From: Hormoscilla sp.
GTDB lineage: Bacteria; Cyanobacteriota; Cyanobacteriia; Cyanobacteriales; Desertifilaceae
Direction: 5' to 3'
Length of the DNA: 34,377 nucleotides
Assembly: GCA_051439505.1 (NCBI GenBank)
Contig: JBFRWI010000062.1
Coordinates: 1-34,377, forward strand
Each line of letters opens with the position of its first letter. Position 1 is the first letter of the stretch. The notes beneath the pieces are model-generated. The model saw only the letters and a list, made by a program, of their open reading frames with translations, was not told where the DNA came from and ran no database searches. The position numbers and the translations under genes are program-made. Below are positions 26,069 through 34,377 of this stretch, piece after piece.

Positions 26069-27376
26069 ATGAAAAAAACACATGCTCATTGGGTTTTGAC
26101 AGTAACTCTGGCTATGCTGTTGTCTGGAGTCACTGGATGTTTCCGGAATCGACCTGCCGGTAACGCTGCCCCGATCGACCCAGAACCGGCTTTAACCACC
26201 GATGCTACCTCATCAGAACCGGTGGTGGTGTATGAAGAGGAGCCGATCGTGGCTGTGAGTGTGTCCCAGGAGGCCAACCAGACGAATTGGTCAGATTCCT
26301 TGCCAGCAGTACCCCTGGACAGTCAAAGGGCGACGGAATTTTTGGACATTCGCGGGGTGGGAGATTCGGGGATGGGGGTTTCCCATGCACCGCCTTTGAG
26401 TTTGCAGCAGCAATTGCCCAGAAACTCTTATCCTGAAGGGGCACCGGCTCACTTTGGGCGCATGCTCGATCGCTTCGATCCTACTGGTAAGTCCTACCGG
26501 GGGGACATTTCTTTTATTAACTGGGAAACGGTGGTGGGCACTCGGTGCAGCCAATTTTGGGCTCCTCCGGCACCCCAAGTCTTTGCTTTTGTTTCTCACC
26601 CAGATAATCTGATAGAAGTTTACAATCGTGGTTTCAATCTCATTGGTCTGGCTAACAATCACACTCGCGATTGCCTGGCGGGGGAAAATGCTATGGATGG
26701 TGCCTTAATGTCGGCCCGTCACATGCAAAGATTGGAACGGGAATTGTCAGGGCCCTGGCTCTGGCACGGGGTGGGCACCCAGAAGGCGGCCAGAGTGGAG
26801 ACTTTTAATGTTAAGGGCCGACAGGTGAGAGTGGCCTTTGCTAGCTGGTATATTGGAGGGGGTGACTGCACTTACGTTACTTGCGTGACTGACGAGGAGA
26901 CGGTTTTGCGATCGCTCCGGGATGCGAATGCTGATATTAGGATTTTGGCGATCCATAGCTGGAATGCTGCTACTCAGAGGGATTTGGTAAATACGGGGAT
27001 CCGCTTCATTCGTTACTTTAATGGCGATATTGTTTTTGGACATGGTCCCCATACTCTAAAACCGGTGCGCATTGTCGAATCAGCTAGTGGAAAGCGCGGT
27101 GTTATGTTTGAAAGTCTGGGTGACTTTATCCATCCTTACCTTTCCGGTGGCCCTGATAGCACGATCGGACGGGTGCTGTTCGATATCGATACTCTCAGTT
27201 TGCGCCAGGTCCAGGTAATCCCGATCGCTACTGATGGAGTCTATGCTAGCTTCCGAGGTGCCTATGGCCCCGATCGCGTGCCAGCTAATATCAACTGGCG
27301 GGTTGTTAATGATCCTACCTGGAGAAGTGGGGTGAGTGGAAACCCTTGGGGCGGTTATTCTAATATCAAGAGGTGA
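26069..27376 (+). CDS. CapA-family (metallophosphoesterase-fold) lipoprotein
   Basis: Lipobox VTGC; VGD, INWE, LANNH, HS, GHGPH and SLGDF motifs. Confidence 0.85.
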   Translation: MKKTHAHWVLTVTLAMLLSGVTGCFRNRPAGNAAPIDPEPALTTDATSSEPVVVYEEEPIVAVSVSQEANQTNWSDSLPAVPLDSQRATEFLDIRGVGDSGMGVSHAPPLSLQQQLPRNSYPEGAPAHFGRMLDRFDPTGKSYRGDISFINWETVVGTRCSQFWAPPAPQVFAFVSHPDNLIEVYNRGFNLIGLANNHTRDCLAGENAMDGALMSARHMQRLERELSGPWLWHGVGTQKAARVETFNVKGRQVRVAFASWYIGGGDCTYVTCVTDEETVLRSLRDANADIRILAIHSWNAATQRDLVNTGIRFIRYFNGDIVFGHGPHTLKPVRIVESASGKRGVMFESLGDFIHPYLSGGPDSTIGRVLFDIDTLSLRQVQVIPIATDGVYASFRGAYGPDRVPANINWRVVNDPTWRSGVSGNPWGGYSNIKR

Positions 27377-27630
27377 GAGTAATTTCTATTGATGGACTCG
27401 ACTGCGACTGGGGTGCTGGGATCATTTCCCCCCGGAAGTCCAGCAGTTGTACTAAGATTAGGTAGGCGATCGCCAGCAGCAGGGAAATCGCTCCTGTGAT
27501 AATTGCTACTATTTTTCCACGTTCCATTGATTTTAAATTACCACTATTATATGGATCTGGGATTTGATATGATTAAGTATAATTGAGAAGAGATTTTCTG
27601 TCAAGCTGCCAAATATCATCATCATATGTC

Positions 27631-27775
27631 TCCTGGTCCGCCGTGGGTTCAAACCCAAAGGCTAGAGGCTAAAGTCGGTTAAAATTGACCGGAATGCACC
27701 ATTGTCAAGAACCTCTCCTGGCCCGCCCGGGGTTCAAACCCCGGGCTAATAGCTTAAGTGGGTTAAAACCCACTG
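27631..27775. repeat. Two tandem REP-like units
   Basis: TCCTGG(T/C)CCGCC..GGGTTCAAACCC..GGCTA..AG..T.AAGT.GGTTAAAA twice; matches 9436-9495. Confidence 0.75.
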
Positions 27776-27924
27776 GAACCAAAGTCGTTAAAAGGATAAG
27801 CGCCCAATGCTAGTATACTTTTGCTCAAGGCCCCCTGTGTTAACCAGATGCAGCTTGTTGCGACAGGTGCATTCCGGTGATTTAAAACCGACTAATACCA
27901 TCATTCTACAGGAAATAAACCCGG

Positions 27925-27979
27925 AAGCGCTTTAGCGCTTACTACGAACCCGAAAGCGCTAAAGCGCTTACTACGAACC
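27925..27979. repeat. AAGCGCT(TT/AA)AGCGCTTACTACGAACC, two copies
   Basis: Direct duplication of a palindrome-containing unit. Confidence 0.75.
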
Positions 27980-28008
27980 TAGATTTAGTTACTTTATTAT
28001 GACGCTCG

Positions 28009-28989
28009 ATGGATTCTGTCACTGATTTACCTATTGAATCTACCAAAACTGATAAAACTCCAGTGGTACAAACTGAAAACCTCACTAAGGTTTATCGCAC
28101 TGGGTTCTGGATGAACAAAAAAATTGCATCTCTTAAAAGTACCTCAATTACTGTGTTTCAGGGGGAAACTTTTGGTCTGTTGGGCCCTAATGGTGCTGGG
28201 AAAACTACTCTCCTGAAAACTTTGCTGGGTATTGTTCGCCCTACCTCCGGACGCGGGTGGCTGCTGGGCCGGAATATAGGCGATCGCTCGGTGAAGCAAC
28301 GAGTGGGCTATCTGCCAGAAAATTCCTATTTCTACGATTATCTCACGGGTTGGGAATTTTTGCAATTTGCTGCTGGCTTATTTCAAATTCCGACATCGGT
28401 TCAACGCCAAAGAATTCCCGAACTGCTCTCATTGGTTGGGTTGGCGAAATCGGCTGCTAAAAAGAAGCAGTTGCGCCAGTATTCTAAGGGTATGCTACAA
28501 CGAATTGGCATGGCTCAGGCCCTGATTAATGACCCAGAGGTGGTGTTCCTGGATGAACCCATGTCTGGTCTGGACCCGATGGGACGTTTCCAGATCCGAG
28601 AAATAATTTTATCCCTCAAAGGCCAAGGTAAGACGATTTTCTTTAATAGCCACGTGCTCTCGGATGTGGAGAAGATTTGCGATCGGGTGGCGATTATGGC
28701 CCAAGGAGAACTGATTTGCATCGGTTCTTTGGATGAATTATTGGGGAATAGCAAAACTTTCCATATTCAAGGCAAGGGTGGGGACCCGGAATTGCTGAAA
28801 CAATGGCTCTCAGATTTGCAGTTTGGGGCTAATGGTTGGCAGGGTCAGTTGCAAAGAAATCCTTATCAGTTTCTCGCGAATCTCGCTAACCTAGATGTTC
28901 ATCTGATTTCTATGAACATGCAGCGTCAGTCCTTGGAAGAGTTCTTTATGCAGCAGTTGCAACAGCGGGGAATTTATTCTAGTAGCTGA
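28009..28989 (+). CDS. ABC transporter ATP-binding protein (ABC-2 type)
   Basis: GPNGAGKTT, YSKGMLQR signature, FLDEP, NSH. Confidence 0.95.
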   Translation: MDSVTDLPIESTKTDKTPVVQTENLTKVYRTGFWMNKKIASLKSTSITVFQGETFGLLGPNGAGKTTLLKTLLGIVRPTSGRGWLLGRNIGDRSVKQRVGYLPENSYFYDYLTGWEFLQFAAGLFQIPTSVQRQRIPELLSLVGLAKSAAKKKQLRQYSKGMLQRIGMAQALINDPEVVFLDEPMSGLDPMGRFQIREIILSLKGQGKTIFFNSHVLSDVEKICDRVAIMAQGELICIGSLDELLGNSKTFHIQGKGGDPELLKQWLSDLQFGANGWQGQLQRNPYQFLANLANLDVHLISMNMQRQSLEEFFMQQLQQRGIYSSS

Positions 28990-29035
28990 CTGGCCCCAGA
29001 AACGGGCGATCGCGCCTCATATTTGTTGGCCAAAT

Positions 29036-30465
29036 TCATATTAGATCGCCGATTGCGGTTTCATCGGCGATCGCCAAATCTATAATTAATGGTAAATGAT
29101 CCGAGCCAACTCGATCGCCCGTCCGAATATTAACAACCTGAATCTCCCGACTCACCAGACAATGGTCAAGAGGAATGTATAACAGCGGCATGAAGGTGGG
29201 CCAAGTGGGTAAAATGCCAAAGCCATAGCGGGCATTTCGCAGTCCCGTCTGGCGGACAAAGCGCTGGTAATAGGGCGACCACATCGTCATATTCAAATCC
29301 CCGACCACCACAACTGGAGTTTTTATTTTGGCTACACGATCGCCCAGTTCCGCTAGCTGTTGGTTGCGCAGCTTAAAGGTTTTTGTTTTAGTTGGAATAT
29401 AGTTATCCGCTGTCACAATCTGCAATTCTTTTCCCTTGATTTTTACCTTAGCTGCTATAAAGGTCTTTCTCTCATCAAATTTATGAATTTCTCCGTCCAG
29501 GAGGGGTAGTTTACTGTAAAAGGCGGTGTCGTCAGATATAATATGATAGGGATAACTGTCCTGTAAAGATTCGAGGGCGATTTGCACAGATTTGTTAACT
29601 TCTAAAAAAAACGCAATATCTGGCTGCGATTCTCTGACTAGGGAGATGACTCGATCGCCTTCCTGGTTGAAAGTCAACACATTTAACTCTAGGATGCGGA
29701 TGTCTGTAGTTGCTGAGACTTCCCCTTGGGGCCAATACCAAGGGCCGATCGCGCCCATATTAATTAACAGACAACCGAGACTGACTATGACCCAGATTTT
29801 TTTGCGTTTGAGTAAGAAGAAAAAGAAGGCGCAGCAGCTAATCACCAGATATTGTAACTTAAAATGAGAGGTAAGTTCAAACAGTTGGTGAAATTCTCCC
29901 AGATAGCCAGTCAGAGAAAATAAGGTGGTGAAAACCGTTATCAACATAAATCCCGGCACTAGCAGTTTCCTGAATTTATATCGCACCGGGTTGCCACTAA
30001 CAAGAGATTTGAGTTGCATCTTCAACTTCCGCGATATTGGCAAGCGATCGATCTCGACAACCAGATTTTCTAAGGGTTCTTGCTGGCGTCGTTTCTGATA
30101 GAACCAGAGCAGCAAATCATCAACCATGACTTGACTGAAGGCATTCATTGCTAAGATCGCCAGGGTGTGGTCAAAAACAGTTGATCGTTCGGGCGGCCCT
30201 CCCAGTCGCCGGATCCCCCCCAAACCCCCCTTACAAAGGGGGGCTTCCGGAGCCCCCCCTTTTGGAAGGGGGGGTTTGGGGGGGATCCTCTACAACAAAT
30301 GCATGACCACACCCAGATCGCCATCACCAGGATAGTCAACTTTCCCCAGATGCCAAAGGGAATATAAAAATTAATTAACATCAGCAAAATCTTATTCTGA
30401 AATAAGATCCAGAATATCAAACCGGGTATGCCGAGAGTCAGCATTTTTTTGAGCGCTTCATCCAT
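29036..30465 (-). pseudogene. Membrane domain fused to an endonuclease/exonuclease/phosphatase (YafD-like) domain, interrupted by a MITE
   Basis: LNV, LEV, GDLN, LDH and GSDHLP motifs. Removing 161 bp (MITE plus one target copy) joins ORF 30465 to ORF 29036 in frame (LTILVMAILAMNAF), giving 422 aa. Confidence 0.85.
30163..30314. mobile_element. MITE family C with 9-bp target duplication, copy 1
   Basis: TIR GGGTGTGGTCA/TGACCACACCC; AGATCGCCA at 30154-30162 and 30315-30323. Confidence 0.93.
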
Positions 30466-30579
30466 TGCCGTTATCCCCGATATTCAGAACAATTTTGGAC
30501 AGATAATTTTGGCCTGGGTTGCATTCTGTCAGACCTGGTAAAGCATAAAAACGAACTATTGACTCCCATTATTTTAGGT

Positions 30580-30645
30580 TGTCAGTAGTCAGGAGTCAGT
30601 AGTCAGTTGTCAGTTGTCAGTTGTCAGTAGTCAGTTGTCAGTAGT
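30580..30645. repeat. Heptamer STRR (TGTCAGT/AGTCAGT)n
   Basis: About 9 units, reverse complement of the 22861 tract. Confidence 0.9.
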
Positions 30646-30761
30646 AGTTCGTAGTTAGGGAACTAAGCGCGTAAATAATCCTCCCAAATTAGTCGCCTGG
30701 ATGCACCGGTTGGTACAGCCATGGAAATTGGGGAATTGATTTTACCGAACTCCCTTAATAG

Positions 30762-30910
30762 GGGTGTGGTCAAAAGTAGTTGCAGAGGATCCCCCCCAAC
30801 CCCCCCTTCCAAAAGGGGGGGCTTCCGGAAGCCCCCCTTTCTAAGGGGGGTTTGGGGGGATCCGGCGACTGGGGTATGCGATGTTCGATCAACGGGTTTT
30901 GACCACACCC
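30762..30910. mobile_element. MITE family C, copy 2 (opposite orientation)
   Basis: Same TIR; CCTTAATAG at 30753-30761 and 30911-30919. Confidence 0.93.
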
Positions 30911-31317
30911 CCTTAATAGTGGTAAATTGGCTGAAAACTTATAGACAAGTATTGACTTTTGTCCATCCCACTCACCCACTTTCTACGAACTACGAACTAC
31001 TTGTATGTGGCGCCGTCACGGTTATTTACCAATGCTTGCTACACATCAGACTCCCAAAAGTCTCGCCCGCTCCTTGTTCTTAAAGACTTTCCCCATGCCA
31101 GAATAAAGTGATGTGAATTTAATAATTGCTTACATGGCCATTTTTGTACAACTCCACAGGGGGGGGGTATATGAGACCGTAAAAATAGGCTGTTTTCCCA
31201 AAAGGGCCTTTTTTTGTTCTCTCTGTAGGAAGGGCCACCCCTGGGGTGAGGGGGTATAAAAGGTAATCAACATTGCTCTATAATAGACAATTATGACAAA
31301 AGGCCGCTCCCTCAAGG

Positions 31318-31650
31318 GAAAAGGTTCTTCTCCCATAGCGGAAAAGGTTCTTCTCTCACCGAGAAAAGGTTCTTCTCTCACCGAGAAAAGGTTCTTCTCT
31401 CACCGAGAAAAGGTTCTTCTCTCGCCGAGAAAAGGTTCTTCTCTCACCGAGAAAAGGTTCTTCTCTCGCCGAGAAAAGGTTCTTCTCTCGCCGAGAAAAG
31501 GTTCTTCTCTCGCCGAGAAAAGGTTCTTCTCTCACCGAGAAAAGGTTCTTCTCTCACCGAGAAAAATTTCTTCTCTCATAGCGGAAAAGGATCTTCTCTC
31601 ACCGAGAAAAATTTCTTCTCCCATCGCGTAAAAAAGGTTTCTCTCATAAT
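31318..31650. repeat. 22-bp tandem array GAAAAGGTTCTTCTCTC(A/G)CCGA, about 14-15 units
   Basis: 10 near-perfect units at 31341-31560 with degenerate units at both ends; no spacers. Confidence 0.95.
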
Positions 31651-31782
31651 CTATTATAACATAGCGTCCGAGGTTCCAGTGGTCTTGCGCCCGTTGGTAG
31701 GAGACCTCGCCGCCGGAACCGAGCGCATCCCACGCCTTGGAGAGCACATGGTCCGCGTCGGTGAACCTTCGCCCTGACCCAT

Positions 31783-31866
31783 GGGTGTGGTCAAAAATAG
31801 TTGCTCCCACCTGCTACATTGGGTGCGGCCCACCCTACTCATACAACTTTTGAATTGACCACACCC
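31783..31866. mobile_element. MITE family C, short copy with a different interior and no target duplication
   Basis: GGGTGTGGTCAA...TTGACCACACCC; flanks CTGACCCAT and CAACATCAT do not match. Confidence 0.75.
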
Positions 31867-31876
31867 CAACATCATG

Positions 31877-32216
31877 CTATTCTCCTAAAGGTATGCTTTC
31901 AGGGAACCAGGCTTGTATTAGCTCGGCTTTCAATACGTGCCATTTTCGCCAGTGGGTCGCTGAACAACAGTTTTTCTATGTCCTCAGTGGATCCTGTGCC
32001 GTCATAATTCTTCAGTTCATCGATGCAACTTTGCTCCATTTGAGGGTGAAAAGTCGAAGCGTGATTGATCACCCAATCTCGTTCTGCTTCTGCCAGTTCT
32101 CCATCCCCGTTGGCACACAGCAGAAGCGCCTTGTACCAAATTAGAGCCGATTCAGCAGGGAAACTCTTTTTGATCCCGTAACGTTGGGTCTTGATCCAGG
32201 GTGCCGGTTAATACAT
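31877..32216 (-). pseudogene. TerB-like protein pseudogene (not in the ORF track)
   Basis: AAGGAG RBS, ATG TAT TAA (stop at codon 3), then ...YKALLLCANGDGELAEAERDWVI...; probable C-terminus LKAELIQAWFPESIPLGE* lies in another frame. Confidence 0.7.
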
Positions 32217-32341
32217 TGTGATTGTTCTCCTTTCCTTAACTTTCTTCCAATATACGCTTTTCACGCTTATTTACTGCCAGAATGCAACCAACACATACCT
32301 TGACAATGCCAAGCTTACCATGGCTTTGTCTGGGAGTAACA

Positions 32342-33966
32342 TCAACCCTTCAAATTTTTAGCAAACACATTGCATATCCTTTCTAATGTAGGAGAGATTT
32401 CCTCGGGCGATAGGCGAACGTCGAGAATGCTAAAAGTATCACTTTGGAGTGCCTGATGCAGCGCGGACCGCAACTGCGATCGAGTAAGAATAACAAAGCC
32501 ATTGCCTCCCATGACTTCAGCTAACTTAGCATAGTCTAACTCGGAGATGTTGACATAGCTAGCTTCCTTATTCCCCATTGCTCCCATACTGGCAAAGGAG
32601 GCATTATTAACAACGATGACAATGGGGTTGAGTCCTAAACGCTTGGCTGTCAGCAGTTCCATACCAGTCATCTGAAATGCCCCGTCCCCAACCAGGGCGA
32701 TCGGGCGACGAAGGGGGTCGGCAAAGCAGGCAGCTATAACCCCTGGCACGGCAAACCCCATACTAGCATAGTAAGCAATGCTGAGGAATGAATTTCCTTC
32801 CTGCATCCAGATATCGTTGACTGCAAACAAACAGTCTCCTGAATCGGCCACCAAAACAGTATTTGCATCTATGAACTTATTCAATTCGTCAAGCAGGCCG
32901 CCCATAGAAATTTCTTCTGCGCATCCTGCTACCCGACAGTGCATCGGTCTCACCAAAGCGTGGTTGTAATGGGGCAGATCCCTGCAGCTACACAAGGCTT
33001 GGATAAAATCGGAAAAGATTATGTGGTGGTATTTGTGGTGCTTGATGGTAATAGTTTCAGAAGTTGCCGAGATCGTGTTTGCGGGTTCTAGGTGCGTCGT
33101 GAACCAGCCCGAGTTAACATCCGTCATCAAGGCCCCCAACATCAGCAGACAGTCTGATTCTTCAACCAAATGCCGTACCACATCATTGCTGGCAGCACCG
33201 TTGTAAATCCCCACATATTGCGGATGTCCTTCGGGGAAAACACTCTTACTCAACATTGTTGCTGCCACCGGAACCCCTAGCTTTTCTGCTAGGGCCAGCA
33301 GTTTTTCCTGTAAGTTAAACCGATGCACCTCCACCCCAGCAAGAATCACTGGCGAAGTTGCCCCGGTTAGCATTGCTATCGTTTCCCCTATGGCTTCATC
33401 CAAGGTATCTGGATCCGTTTGTGCGATCGCACTTTGTGGGGTTGATATTAGTTCAATTTCCGTGTTAACCATATCCCGGGGGATTTCCAGATACACGGGG
33501 CGCTTAAATTTCAAGGCGCAGTCGATCGCCCTATGTATTTCCCCTGCGGCAGTTAATGGGTCGTCAAGGGTAGCAGCATAGACAGTCACTTCTTCATATA
33601 TCCGTCGCTGGGAATCAAAGGTTTTTACCTTATGGTGTAGCAAATCTCGCTTTTGTCTTTCTTCTACTCCCGGGCTACCGCTCAAGACCACTACCGGAGA
33701 CTTCTCAGCATAAGCGCCCGCGATCGGATTAATCATGTTTAGGCCACCTACTCCGTATGTGACTACAGCCACCCCCAAGCCTCTTATGCGAGCGTAGACA
33801 TCTGCGGCGAAACCCACAGAAGGCTCGTGAGTCATCACTACAGGTTCAATCTGGCTGTCGGCCAGGACATCGAAAAACTTAAGGCATAATCCCCAGGAAT
33901 GCCAAAGGCGTGTTGAACGCCATATTGGTGCAACACTTCAAAGATGTATTCTGCAACTTTAGGCAT
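32342..33966 (-). pseudogene. ThDP-dependent alpha-keto acid (pyruvate/indolepyruvate/phenylpyruvate) decarboxylase with a 1-nt frameshift near the 5' end
   Basis: AGGAGG RBS and ATG 33966 give MPKVAEY...FGIPGDYA, which is out of frame with KFFDVLADSQIEPVVMTHE; TYGVGGLN, LLHH and GDGAFQMTGMEL...NN motifs. Confidence 0.85.
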
Positions 33967-34121
33967 AGTCAATAATCCTCCTAGTATTGAACATTGAAAA
34001 TTGCTTCATTGCTACCACCGGCGATCGGAGTGGGAGTAATTATAATGCATGCTACGGACAATTCATCGGGAGCCCTGATGCGGTGTTCTGTGTTCTGTGT
34101 TCTCTGTTTTCTCTAGTAGCT

Positions 34122-34163
34122 GGCTGCAACCATAGTGCCGCAAGCTGCAACCATAGTGCCGCA
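34122..34163. repeat. 21-bp tandem duplication
   Basis: GCTGCAACCATAGTGCCGCA occurs twice. Confidence 0.8.
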
Positions 34164-34251
34164 GTAATGCTTCGCCCTTTTGAGATGCACCCGATCGCAG
34201 TTGCCGAACTTGCTAGCATCCTGGGGCGGACTCCTCCGGGATGGGCCCCCC

Positions 34252-34377
34252 GGGTGTGGTCAAAACCCGTTGATCGTTCGGGCGGCCCTCCCAGTCGCCG
34301 GATCCCCCCAAACCCCCCTTAAAAAGGGGGGCTTCAGGAAGGCCCCCCCTTTTGGAAGGGGGGGTTTGGGGGGGATC
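34252..34377. mobile_element. MITE family C, copy 4 (truncated by the window end)
   Basis: GGGTGTGGTCAAAA..GTTGATCGTTCGGGCGGCCCTCCCAGTCGCCGGATCCCCCC is nearly identical to copy 1. Confidence 0.9.

Noticed and set aside
25892..27376. Genomic island integrated at tRNA-Met
   Set aside because: No integrase and no duplicated tRNA 3' end seen in the window
30663..31083. Several short ORFs around MITE C copy 2
   Set aside because: Largely translated MITE sequence; excision gives no recognisable protein
31293..31631. 112-aa repetitive ORF and overlapping minus-strand ORFs
   Set aside because: Products of the stop-free 22-bp repeat cycling through frames
31318..31650. CRISPR array
   Set aside because: Units are contiguous with no unique spacers, and there are no cas genes in the window

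Overview
Filamentous-cyanobacterium-type chromosomal window: it is rich in HIP1 GCGATCGC, and has STRR heptamers and a CAB-domain ferrochelatase. It starts at the end of an rRNA operon (5S plus terminator). Core genes include hemH, a DUF4126-like gene, mazG, a multi-PAS/GAF histidine kinase, a pentapeptide protein, gshA-trmL-LysM/M23-tRNA-Met, a CapA-like lipoprotein and an ABC ATPase. The most interesting part is an accessory block at about 7.6-19.3 kb with two back-to-back modules of the same layout, each with exported-protein gene(s) divergent from a two-gene unit. Module 1 is HTH-NB-ARC (no sensor repeats, GKK Walker A) coupled to a membrane Ser/Thr kinase-TPR, facing an M23-SLH-PEP-CTERM protein. 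Module 2 is HTH-DUF1822 plus a CHAT protease-WD40, facing a small secreted (SQDAQD)n protein. The two HTH domains are about 51% identical and each divergent gap carries short phased direct repeats. At least three MITE families are present (TA, 9-bp and 10-bp target duplications), and five genes are broken. All family assignments come from motif recognition by eye, not database searches.
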